From: Amphiscolops sp. MND2022
Lineage: Eukaryota
Direction of reading: 5' to 3'
Assembly (NCBI GenBank): GCA_964187785.1
Contig: OZ076409.1
Coordinates: forward strand, 71,674,001-71,738,000
DNA: 64,000 nucleotides
Notes under the pieces: generated by a model
What the model was told of the DNA's origin: nothing
What the model saw: only the letters and a program-made list of their open reading frames with translations
Databases searched by the model: none
Part shown: positions 36,032 to 49,524 of the stretch, piece by piece
Layout: each line of letters begins with the position of its first letter
Numbering within the stretch: position 1 is the stretch's first letter
Program-made: the position numbers and the translations under genes

Positions 36032-39000
36032 GTGGGCGGGGGTAATTCCCCAACTAAAAAATCGGCCGGCGGGTAGGGTCCTGCCGGCCGTCCAAAATCA
36101 AAAATATACTAGTAGAAAACGGCCGGTCAAACGAGCTATTTTTTTATTTAACCGTTAGAATTTGGGTTTAGATTGCATGCGGCCATGAAATGGCCATACG
36201 AATCGAAGTTCCTGCTGACGTTTTGCGATTGAAACACTTTATAAAAAGTTATGGCCAATTTGTCAGTCACCTAGAAGGGCAAAATGAGGAAAATTTTAAC
36301 AAAGTCGCTGATAACTCAAAATGTGTTATTTTTTGGACTTTGACTGTGAAACAAGCTTGGAACCTTCATTTCGTGGCTGTGGCATTGCACTGAACGCAAA
36401 AGATGTAAAGTTTTTACATTTTTTGAAAATTTGACATTTTTGAAATTTTTTTCACTACTATCAGTACCATATATGTCAAAAACACCTCAGAAAAAAAATT
36501 TTATTTGCTTTAACTTGGAAACCTTGGTATCCATGGTTTCTGTCGGAACCTACTCGCAACCAAACAACCAACAGTTTGCATCCAATGTGAAAATAAAAAA
36601 TTTTTCTGGGTCATAAGCGTTTCACAAGGATTTCTCAACTTAGTATTAATTTACAAAATGGTCATTTTGAACACAATATTTTCATCGAGGCTTGTCGGCT
36701 ATAGCCTAAATGTTCTAGAACGGTCCCACTGGCAATGTAGGAACCATTTATAGTAATAGAAAGTTTAAAAAATATATTTTCACCCTGTCTTCAGTCATTT
36801 TTCAGTCATTCGGAACTTAACTTAGAAAAATTTCGACCAAAATACCCATTTTTTGACAGATCGAAAATTCAAATTCAACTTTTTAAGCAAAATTATTAAC
36901 TCTGACGTAACCAGTGGGGCTCATGATACTCAAAAACACGATTGGGACTGGTACCAATGGCTCCAATATCATATGAGCCGCGATAAGACGTTATTTTGAG
37001 CAATACGTCTCAATTGAGGGAAACATCTCGCAAGCCTGGGATCACAGTTAAAAGTGATTTCGTCAAAAATTTACTCTTTTTCGTCAATCACTATGTACAC
37101 AGAGTGCGTAGGGTGAGTTTCAGCACTATAATGCGGTTTTTGAAGGAATCGGTCTGCTCAAGGAGTGGTATGAGACATTTTTTTTGCATGTAGTACTATA
37201 TTTCTCAAAACTTTTAGCCCATTATCTCGAAAAGCTCACTTCGCAAGTTACTTTCAGTTACTCTATTCGAAGCTTAGAATATATATGAACACTGTGGTTG
37301 ATCAGAAACTCTTGACTATTTTGTTTTTGGAAAAAAACTGCCTTGCATGTGTTACATTAGTGGCAGCAAAAATACCAGTAGCTCCAAAAATCACAATTTT
37401 GGACGGACAGACCTGCAATGATGCAAAGCAAAAACGTTTCAACAACTTCTGGCGCCACTTTTTTTACCCAAGAGGTTCGAAATTACTATTAACAATGCTG
37501 ACATTCGCTATAAATAAGATCGAGGTCAATTTACCTACACTTAGGTTATACATTTATATCTTAGAAACCATTCTTTGTCAGGTCGCAATTTTAAATTTAG
37601 TTTGGGAAGCAATACTTTTCACTCTGAAGCAAACCGTTGGGCCCAAATTACTCAAAAACTACAAAAAGACTGTCACCATATGCCCTAATAGCATATGAGA
37701 TTCGACCGTATGTTTTTAACACAAAAACTCTCATCCGAAGTAAACATGTTGAAAGCCTTGAATCACCGTGAGAAATGATTTCATCAAAAAATATTCCTTT
37801 TTCGTCAATCTTTATCTACACAGAACACGTTGTGTCATTTTCAGCCGTGAAATGAGCTTCTACCGTAATATGGGTTGCTCAAGGTGTTGTATAAGACAAA
37901 AACTTCCTCTTTTCTACTATCTTCTTCAAATATTTCAACCCTTTGTCACAAGAAGTTAATATTCAAAATCTCTTTGAAATGTTTCTTTAGGTTGGTGTGA
38001 AGTGTTAGAACAATAATTATGATCGAAGAATGATAGTATTGGTGTTTGGACCATGTCCGGATGAACAAATTGCAAAATCATGAAAAATTTCTTACCATTT
38101 TTGGTCATTTTGTCAGTACTAAAAATGTTAGCTGAAAAAGAATTTTTTTGATGGCACCATTGGATTCCTCTCAAAAAGTTAGCTATATGAACTGTGTAAT
38201 AACCCCGTATCTTTTCAATTTAAATAATTTTAAAAAGCAAACTTTTTTGACTAAAATCCTAAAAATCATACCATTTCCTAAAAAATTTCAAATGCCCCCC
38301 ATTTGACGTATAAGAATAGCACAGAAAACTATCACATACCGATCGACTCTACTTCCATTGTAGATTACCAGAATTTTGTTTAGAACAATTTTTGATGGAT
38401 GCAAAAAAAATTTAAACCCTCCAAAAAAGGGCCAAAATTACACGAAAAAATTGACCTTAAAATTTTAAAATGTCGAAAAATCATCAAAACCACAGCTTCT
38501 TGGGGTTCTATCAACTCCACGTGGTCCACAGAGTATGTTAAAACAAGTTTTACCCGTATTTGAGCAATATGTGAAAAAGCCGACTTTTTTGGGATTGAAA
38601 AACATACCTTTTCCTAAAAAATTTCAAATGCCCCCCATTTGACGTATAAGAATAGCACAGAAAACTATCACATACCGATCGACTCTACTTCCATTGTAGG
38701 TTACCAGAATCTTGTTTAGAACAATTGTTGACGGATGCAAAAAAAATTAAACCCTCCAAAAATGGGCCAAAATTACACGAAAAAATTGACCTTAACTTTT
38801 TAAAATGTCAAAAAATCATCAAAACCACAGCTTCTTGGGGTTCTATCAACTCCACGTGGTCCACAGAGTATGCTAAAACAGGTTTTACCTGTTTCTGAGC
38901 TATATGTGAAAAAACCGACATTTTGGGGAAGAAAAACATACCATTTCCTAAAAAATTTCAAATGCACGCCATTTGCCGTATGAGAATAGCACAGAAAACT

Positions 39001-40793
39001 ATCACATACCGATCAACTCTACTTCTATTGTAGATTATCAGATTTTTGTTTAGAACAAATTTTTATGGATATAAAAAATTTTTAAACCCTCCAAAAATGA
39101 GCCAAAATAACACGAAAAAATGGACCCTAAATTTTTAAAATGTCAAAAAATTATCCAAACCACAGCTTCTTGGGGTTCTATCAGCTCCACGTGGTCCACA
39201 GAGTATGCTAAAACAGGTTTTGCCCGTTTTTGAGCAGTATATGAAAAAACCGACATTTTTGGGGAAGAAAAACATACCATTTCCTTAATAATTTCAAATG
39301 CAGGCAATTTGCCGTATGAGAGTAGCACAGAAAACTATCACACACCGATCAACTCTACTTCTTTTGTAGATTATCAGAATTATGTTTAGAGTAAAGTTTT
39401 ATGGATATGAAAAATTTTTATACCCTCCAAAAATGGGCCAAATTGACACGAAAAAATTGACCTCAAATTTTTAAAATGTCAAAAAATTATCCAAACCACA
39501 GCGTCTTGGCGTTCTATCAACTCCAAATGACCTTCAGAGTATACCAAACCAGGTATTGCCAATCTTTTGAGCAATATTTAAAAACACCGACTATTTGGCA
39601 AGAACACCATAATATGTTCCATATAAGAAGTGAATCATTCCACATATATACCCGGTCTAATATTTCCAAATTAGCGATAACATTTATACATGATGGTTTT
39701 TGAAAGTGAGCTTCATAAGAGGTTGAGATGTAATAATACGTAAATGGACCCTAAGTTTCATTGAAATCTCAATGGAATACGTCCAATCAACTTCAATCCT
39801 AACTATTATATAACAAAAAACACTTGAGTACATTCCATCTCCCCATCGGGGGAGATGAGAATGTACTTTTCAAAAGCCAAAAACTTCGAATTTTAAATCT
39901 TTTGTAACATTGTATGTAACTGTTGAAACGATGAACGAATAAAAATGCTTCTAGTACCTTCATCAATTTTTGCTTCAGCTCCTATTTCTGCAGAACAAAA
40001 CCAAAAGACACACTTACAGCAGTTAAGTTCGATTGTATAACTCAGTGAATAAAGGTATGACTGAGGAAGTTCACAAGTTGTTTCAAAAGTTTCCGGCCTT
40101 CCAAAATCATGAAACGTCCACACAACCAAGATAGCAAGTGAAAGAATGCTGAATGCACCTTATTAGATGAGATAAATAATGTGTGGAACTTGCCATTATC
40201 TCAAGATGACGTTGATTTATGATCTTTTAAGGATAGTTCGATATGTGACCACAATAGTGGAAAACTTATTACTATTTGAAGAACACCGTGGAAAGCGTTC
40301 AGAAAGGACAGTATATTTGTTTCGAGCATGCATGCGTGTGTTCCTTTGGTGACGTTAGCTTAGTGTACATGACGGAGGTATTCGAGAGATTATGATAGAG
40401 TTTACTCACAAGTCTTTGTTTTTTTAAACTTTCTATGCCGTTGAGTACATTCGTAAGGTACATCCATCCCCTTCTCTGGGAATGTACGTTTGCCAAATGA
40501 CTGTCATCCAAAATTCGTAATCCGGACGAGTTTAACTACATAAACATGTGATGAGCGTTTTCAATTCACAACCGAATATCATTTTTTTTCTCGAAAATGA
40601 TGATGGTTTTGATTTTGATGTCTTCTACTTTTATCATCATGCAAACGACCTTACCATGTCTCTCTTCTGTCGTCATTTGTACAACGCCACATAGCGTTCC
40701 GACGCCCACCGTCTGTGGGCATGCCGAGGCATGCCCTTCGACGACGTATGCCAAATGAGCCATACCCGCACTCTGGAGTGCGGTAGCGGCTAG
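36032..40793 (+). mobile_element. Class E unit (4762 bp; diverged relative of D)
   Basis: Same architecture as D with many substitutions and small indels. Close match to 49525-54605. Confidence 0.7.
38261..39523 (+). repeat. Internal ~338-bp tandem subrepeat, about 3.7 copies (class E)
   Basis: Same subrepeat family with E-specific variants. Confidence 0.9.
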
Positions 40794-43700
40794 GTGGGCG
40801 GGGGTAATTCCCCAACAAAAATTTCGGCCGGCGGGTCGGGTCCTGCCGGCCGTCCAAAATCAAAATCCTCCTAGTAGAAAACGGCATGTCAAACGAGCTA
40901 TTTTTTTATTTAACCATACGAATTTCACCATTTTTTGCATGCGGCCCTGAAATGGCCATACAAGACGAAGTTCCTGCTGACGTTTTGCGATGTAAATGTT
41001 TTATAAAAAGTTATGGCCGATTTGTCATTCACCTAGAAGGGTAAAATGAGGAAAATTTTAACAAAGTCGCTGATAACTCAAAATGTGTTAATTTTTGGAC
41101 TTTGACTGTGAAACAAGCTTGGAACCTTCATTTCGTGGCTGGGGCATTGGACTGAACACAAAAGATGTAAAGTTTTTACGTTTTTTGAAAATTCGACATT
41201 TTTGAAATTTTTTTTACTACTATCAGTACCCCATATGTCAAAAACACCTCAGAAAAAAATTTTTATTTGCTTTAAATTGGAAACCTTGGTATCCATGGTT
41301 TCTGTCGGAACCTACTCGCAGCCAAACACCCAACAGTTTGCATCCAATGTGAAAATATAATTTTTTTCGAGGTCATAGGTGTTTCACAAGGATTTCTCAA
41401 CTTAGTATCTATTTACAAATTGGTCATTTTGAACACATTATTTTCATCGAAGCGTGTCAGATACCACCCTAATGCTCACAAATGGGCCTACTGGCAACGT
41501 TGGAACCATTTTTAGTAATAAAAAGTATTAAAAAAATATTTTCACCCGGTCTTCAGTCATTTTTCAGACATTCGGTACTTAACTTAGAAAAATTTCGCAT
41601 CAAAAACCCATATTTGGTAGGGTCGAAATTTGAAATTCAGTTTTTTATGCAAAATTATTAACTCTGACGTAACCAGTGGAGCCCATGATACTCAAAAACA
41701 CGATTGGGACTGGTATCAGTGGCTCCAATAACATATGAGCCGCGATAAGACGTTATTCAGAGCAAACGCTCTAAATCGAAGTAAACATCTCTGAAGCCTG
41801 GGATCACAGTGAAATGTGATATCACCAAAAGTTTACTCTTTTTTGTCAATCACTATGTACACAGAGTGCGTAGGGTGAGTTTCAGGACTATAATGAGGTT
41901 TTTGAAGTAATCGCGCTGCTCAAGGGGTGGTATGAGACTATTCTTTCCCATATACTACTACATTTCCATAAAGTTGCAGTCCATTGTCTTGGAAAGATAA
42001 CTTCACAAAAACAATTTTTCTACTCTATTCAGTTATTAGAATAAAGTTGAACACTGTGGTTGATCAGAAATGCTCAATTCTTTTGGTTTTTTAAAAAATT
42101 CCTTCGCATTCGTTACATTTGTGGAAGGAAGGTTATCAGTAGCTCCAAAAAAAAACGAAATTTAGCACGAACAGACATGCAACGATGCAAAGCAAAAACG
42201 TTTTTACCACTTCCGACGTCATTATTTTACCCAAGAAGTTCGAAAATATCATTCGCAATGCTGTCATTCGCTATATATACGATCGCGGTCAATTTACAAA
42301 CATTTAGATTTCATTGTTCTGCTTGAAAACCAATTTTTGTCAGGTCGAAATTTTAAATTTTGCCTGGGGAGCAATACCCTTCACGCTGAAGTAAACAGTG
42401 GGGCCCAAGTTACTCAAAAACAAGAAAGAGACTGCTACAATATGTCCTAATAACATATGGACCACGATAGTACGTTTTTCACACAAAAAACTCTCATCCG
42501 AAGTAAATATGTTGAAAGCTTTTAATCACCGTGAGAAGTGATTTCATCAAAAAATAACTCTTTTTTGTCAATCACTACTTACACAGAATTTGTAAAGTTA
42601 GTTTGAGTCATGAAATGAGGCTTTACCGTAATATGGGTTGCTCAAGGTGTTATATAAGACAAAAACTTCCTCTTTACTACTAGCTTCTTCAAATATTTCA
42701 ACCCTTTGTCACAATAAGTTAATATTCAAAATCTCTTTGAAATGTATCTTTATGTTGGGGGGTGAAGTCTAAGAACAATAACTATGATCGAAGAATGATA
42801 GTAATGGTGTTTGAACCATGTCCGGATGAACAAATCACAAAATCATCAAAAAATTGTTCCCCTTTTTGGTTATTTTGGCAGTACTAAAAATGTTAGCTGA
42901 TAAATAATTTTTTCGATGGCACCATTGGATTCCTCTCAAAAAGTTGGTTATATGACTTGTGTAATAACCCCGTATCTTTTCAATTTAAATATATTTAAAA
43001 AGCCAACTATTTTGACCAAAATCCTAAAAATCATACCATTTCCTAAAAATTTTCAAATGCACCCCATTTGACGTATAAGATAAGCACAGAAAACTATCAT
43101 ATACCGATCAACTCTACTCCCATTGTAGAATATTAGAATTTTGTTTAGAATGAATTTTGATGGATATTAAAAAAATTTTGAACCCTCCAAAAATGGGCCA
43201 AAATTACACGAAAAAATTGACCTTAAAATACCAAAATGTCAAAAAATCATCAAAACCACGGCTTCTTGGGGTTCTATTAACTCCGCGTGGTCCACAGAGT
43301 ATGCTAAAACAGGTTTTACCCGTTTTTGAGCAATATGTGAAAAAGCCGACATTTTTGGGAAAGAAAAACATACCATTTCCTAAAAAAATTCAAATGCACG
43401 TCATTTGCCGTATTAGAAAAGCACAGAAAACTATCACATACCAATCAACTCTACTTTCATTGCAGATGAACAGAATTTTGTTTAGAATAAATTTTACCGG
43501 ATAATAAAAAAATTTGAATCCTTCAAAAATGGGCCAAAATTACACGAAAAAATGGACATTAAAAATTTAAAATGTCAAAAAATCATCAAAACAACAGCTT
43601 CTTGGGGTTCTATCAACTCCACGAGGTCCACAGAGTATGCTAAAACAAGTTTTACCCGTTTTTGAGCAATATGTGAAAAAGCCGACATTTTTGGGAAAGA

Positions 43701-45557
43701 AAAACATACCATTTCCTAAAAAAATTCAAATGCACGCCATTTGCCGTATGAAAATAGCACAGAAAACTATCACATACCAATCAACTCTACTTTCATTGCA
43801 GATGAACAGAATTTTGTTTAGAATAAATTTTACCGGATAAAAAAAAATTTGATTCCTTCTAAAATGGGCCAAAATTACACGGAAAAATGGACCTTAAAAT
43901 TTTAAAATGTCAAAAAATCATCAAAACCACGGCTTCTTGGGGTTCTATCAACTCCACGTGGTCCACAGAGTATGCTTAACCCGGTTTTACCCATCTTTGA
44001 GCAAAATGTGAAAATACCGACATTTTTGGAAAAGAAAAACATGCCATTTTCTAATAAATTTCAAATGCACGCCATTTGCTGTATGAGAATAACACAGAAA
44101 GCTGTCACATACCGATCAACTCTACTTCCATTGTAGATTATCAGAAGTTTGTTTAGAATAAATTTTGATGGATAATAAAAAAAATTGAATCCATCAAAAA
44201 TGGGCCAAAATTACACGAAAAAATTGACCTTAAAATATCAAAATGTCAAAAAATCATCAAAACCACAGTTTCTTGGCGTTCTATCAACTCCATATGATAC
44301 CAAACCAGGTACTGCCAATCGTTTGAGTTATAATAAAAAAACGTCTTTTTTGGCAAGAATTCCATACCATAAATAATAATCATGTTCCATATAAGAAACG
44401 AATCATTTCAGATATATACCCTGTTCATTTTTTTAATATTACCGATTATTAATTTAATAGATGTTTTGAATGTGAGCTTCCTAAAAGGTTCAGGTGTGAT
44501 GATACGTAAATAGAACCTTAGTTTCATCGAAATCTCAATTGAATATGTCCAATCTTAACCATCAGATAACAAGAAACACTTAAGTACATTCCATCTCCCC
44601 ATCGGGGGAGATGAGAATGTACTTTCGAGAAGCCAAATACGTCCAACATTCAAACTTTTGTAACTTTGTATGTAACTCCTGAAACGAAGAAGGAATAAAA
44701 TTGTTTCTGGTACATACATGAGTCTTTACTTCAGCTTCTATTTCTGCTGAACAAAACCATTCGACTCTTTTGCCGGAGTTAAGATCGATTGTATTACCCA
44801 GTGAACAAAGGCATGACTGAAAACGTTTACTAATTTGTTCATAATTTTCCGGCCTTCCGAAATGATGAAACGTCCACATAACGAAGATAGCAAGTGAATG
44901 ACTGCGAAATGCACCTTATTAGATGAGGTAAATAACGTGTAAAACTCTCCTTTATCCTAACATGAGGTTGAGTAATGATCATTTGAGAATAGTTTGATAT
45001 GTGAATACAATAGTATAAAACCAGTACATTTTATATGAATAACGCCGTGGAAAGCGTTCAGAAAGGACAGTAGGCTTGTTTGGAACATGTATGTGTGGTG
45101 TCCCTTGGTGGCGTTCGCTTAGTGTATATGTCGAGGGGTATTCGAGTTGTTATGATAGAATTTACACACAAGTCTTTTGTTTTTTGGTTTTTTTAAAAAT
45201 GTCGTTAAGTACCTGCATTCTATCCCCTTCTCAGAGATGACGTGAAGTTACGTTTGCTAAATAAATGTCATCGAAAGATCACACTCCCGACGAAATTAAC
45301 TATCTTAACACGTGTTTAGAATTTTAAATAAACATCCGTATAAGATTTTTATATTTCATTGAGTTTGATGGAGTCTTTTGTTCTTCTCACTACTATTTCA
45401 ACCAATACACATATCCGTTACCATATCACATGTCTCCATTAGTACAACGCCACATAGCGTTCCGACGCCCACAGTCTGTGGGCATGCCGAGGCATGCCCT
45501 TCGACGACGTATGGCAAATGGAGCCATGCCCGCCGTCTTTACGGCGGTAGCGGCTAG
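40794..45557 (+). mobile_element. Class D unit (4764 bp)
   Basis: Colinear with the other D units. Confidence 0.7.
43027..44291 (+). repeat. Internal ~338-bp tandem subrepeat, about 3.7 copies (class D)
   Basis: Same subrepeat as 22761-24040. Confidence 0.9.
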
Positions 45558-48500
45558 GTGGGCGGGGGTAATTCCCCAACAAAAATTACGGCCGGCGGGT
45601 TGGGTCCTGCCGGACGTCAAATAGCAGAAAATACCTATTAGGAATCGGCGACACAAAATCGCGTTTTTAAAATCTAACCACAATTTTTCGGACTTGGAGT
45701 GCATGCGGCCCTGAAATGCCCATACGAATCGAAGTTCCTGCTGACGTTAAGCGATTGAAATAATATATAAAAAGTTATGGCCCATTTTTCACTCACATAG
45801 AAGGGTAAAATGAGGAAATTTTTAACAAAGTCGCTGATAACTCAAAATGTGTTAATTTTTGGACATTGACTGTGAAACAAGCTTGGAACCTTCATTTCGT
45901 GGCTGTGGCATTGCACTGAACACAAAAGATGTAAAGTTTTTACATTTTTTGAAAATTCGAAATTTTTGAATTTTTTTTCACTACTATCAGTACCCCATAT
46001 GTCAAAAACGCCTCAGAAAAAATTTTTTATTTGCTTTAAATTGGAAACCTTGGTATCCATGGTTTCTGTCGGATCCTACTCGCAGTCAAACACCCAACAG
46101 TTTGCATCCAATGTGGAAATAAAAATTTTTTCGGGGTCATAAGCGTTTCACAAGGATTTCTCAACTTAGTTTCAATTTACAAATTGGTCACATTGAACAC
46201 ATTATTTTCATCGAAGCGCGTCAGATACCGCCCTAAAGCTCACGAACGGTCCTACTGGCAACGTAGCAACCATTTATAGTAATATAAAAGATTAAAAAAA
46301 TTTTTTCACCCGGTCTTCAGTCATTTTTCAGTCATTCGGAACTTAACTTAGAAAAATTTCGACCAAAATACCCATTTTTTGTCAGGTCGAAAAATCAAAT
46401 TCAGATTTTTAAGCAAAATTATTAACTCTGGCGTAACTCATGGGGCCCATGATACTCAAAACAACGATTGACACTGGTATCAATGGCTCCAATAACATAT
46501 GAGTCGCGATCGGACGTTATTTTGAGCAATACGTCTCAATTGAGGTAAAGATCTCGCAAGCCAGCGATCACTGTCAAATGTGATTTCATCAAAAATTTAC
46601 TAATTTTTGTCAATCATTATGTGCACAGAATGCGTAGGGTGCGTTTCAGCACTATAATGAGATTTTTGAATGCATCGAGTTGCTCAAGGGGTGGTACGAG
46701 GCATTTTTGTCCCATATACTACTGTATTTTCCAAAATTTTTAGCCCAATATCTGGAAATACAAACTTGACAAAATACTTTCAACTACTTTATTCAAAAGT
46801 TACAATATAGATGAACACTGTGGTTGATCAGAAACTTTCATCTCTTTCGTTTTCCGAAATATTTTCCTTCGCATGTGTTATATTTGTATCAGAAAAAAAA
46901 TCGAAACTGAAAAAAACGCTATTTTGGTGATATAGAATCGCAATGATTGTGCCTAAAAACTCTTTAAACACTTCTAACGCGACCTTACGCACCCAAAATG
47001 ATCGAAAATGCTATTCACAATGGTGACATGTGCTCTTTCAACGATCCTGGCTGGACAAGGTTTGCATATTTTTCAAGTACCTGTCAGCTGAATCTTGTGA
47101 TAGCCTTTTAAGTTGGCCTTGTGTCAACTTGGGAAGGCTATCACATCAAACAACCATCAACAAAAATAATTTTTGTTTATTGGATATTACAGTTGATACC
47201 TTATTTCGTGATTCTATACTACCGTTAGTATATTCCATGAGGTCACCTTACGATTGCATTCAGACTTTGATGAAAACCTATGAACTCAAAGTCACATTTA
47301 TATATTTTTTGCCCAAAAAAATCATCAAAAACATCTAATATATAAAATTGAGTCTTTAACTTTTTTACGTTTCAAGTTTCTGCCGTTATTAGGCCAATCA
47401 ACTTCCTACAGCCACGCTCTCTGTCATACTGTACAACGCCACATAGTGTTGCGACGTGCACGGTCTGTGGGCATGCCGAGGCATGCCCTTCGACGACGTA
47501 TGCCGAATACCGCGGGCCTACGCCCGCGCTCCCCGGCTAGGTGGGCGGGGGTAATTCCCCAACAAAAATTACGGCCGGCGGGTTGGGTCCTGCCGGACGT
47601 CAAATAGCAGAAAATACCTATTAGGAAACGGCGACACAAAACGGCGATTTTTAAATCTAACCACAATTTTTTGGACTTGGAGTGCATGCGGCCCTGAAAT
47701 GCCCATACGAATCGAAGTTCCTGCTGACGTTAAGCGATTGAAATAATATATAAAAAGTTATGGCCCATTTTTGGGTCACCGAGAAGGGCAAAATGAGGAA
47801 AATTTTAACTAAGTCGCTGATAACTCAAAATGTGTTAATTTTTGGACATTGACTGTGAAACAAGCTTGGAACCTTCATTTCGTGGCTGTGGCATTGCACT
47901 GAACACAAAAGATGTAAAGTTTTTACATTTTTTGAAAATTCGACATTTTTGAATTTTTTTTCACTAGTATCAGCACCCCATTTGTCAAAAACGCCTCAGA
48001 AAAAAACTTTTATTTGCTTTAAATTGGAAACCTTGGTATCCATGGTTTCTGTCGGAACCTACTCGCAGCCAAACACCCAACAGTTTGCATCCAATGTGAA
48101 AATAAAAATTTTTTCTGGGTCATAAGCGTTTCACAAGGATTTCTCAACTTAGTATTAATTTACAAAATGGTCATTTTGAACACAAAATTTTCATCGAGGC
48201 TTGTCGGCTATAGGCCTAATGTTCTAGAACGGTCCCACTGGCAACGTAGGAACCATTTATAGTGATTGAAAGTTATAAAATAATTTTTTTCACCCGTTCT
48301 TCAGTCATTTTTCAGACATTCGGAACTTATCTTAGAAAAATTTCGTCTCAAACACCCATTTTTTGACAGGTCGAAAAATCAAATTAGGATTTTTAAGCAC
48401 AATTATTAACTCTGACGTAACCCATGGGGCCCATGATACTCAAAACAACGATTGACACTGGTATCAATGGCTCCAATAACATATGAGTCGCGATAAGACG

Positions 48501-49524
48501 TTATTTTGAGCAATACGTCTCAATTGAGGTAAACATCTCGCAAGCCTGGGATCACAGTGGATTGTAAATTCATCAAAAGTTTACTCGTTTTTGTCAATCA
48601 CTATGTGCACAGAGTGCGTAGGGTGAGTTCCAGCACTATAATGAGGTTTTTGAAGGCATCGGGTTGCTCAAGGGGTGGTATGAGACATTTTTTTTCTATA
48701 TACTACTGTATTTTCCAAAATGTTTAGCCCATTATCTGGAAAAACTAACTTGACAAAATACTTTCAATGATTTTATTCAAAGGCTACAATGTAGATGAAC
48801 CCAGTGGTTGATAAGAAACTTTCATCTCTTTCGTTTTCCGAAATATTTCCCTTCGCATGTGTTACATTTGTAGCAGAAAAAAAATCGAAACTGAAAAATA
48901 CGATATTTTGCTAATATAGAATCGCAATGATTGTGCCTAAAAACTCTTTAAACACTTCTAACGCGACCTTACGCACCCAAAATGATCAAAAATGCTTTTC
49001 ACAATGGTGACATGTGCTCTTTCAACGATCCTGACTGAACAATTTTCGCAAATTATTCAAGTACCTGTTAACTGAATCTCGTGATAGCCTTTTAAGTTGG
49101 CCTTGTGTCAACTTGGGAAGGCTATCACATCAAAAAATTTTCAACAAAAATACATTTTGTTCATTGGAAATGACAGTCGATATATAATTTCGTGATTCTA
49201 TACTACCGTTAGTACCTTCCATTAAGTCACCTGACGATTGCTTTCAGTCTTTGATAAATACCTATGAACTCGAAGTCTTATTTATAAATTTTGTGCTAAA
49301 AATAAACATCAAAACTATCCAAATTATTTAAAATTGAGTCTTTACCGTTTTTGTTTTTCTTTTTCTACTGTTATTAGGCTCATCAACTTCCTACAGCCAC
49401 GCTCTCTGTCATTAGTACAACGCCACATAGTGTTGCGACGTGCACGGTCTGTGGGCATGCCGAGGCATGCCCTTCGACGACGTATGCCGAATGCACTGCG
49501 GCGACGCCCGCAGTCCAAGGCTAG
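45558..49524 (+). mobile_element. Two class A units (45558-47540, 47541-49524)
   Basis: 1983 and 1984 bp. The second has a unique terminal hairpin ACTGCGG-CGACGC-CCGCAGT. Confidence 0.7.
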
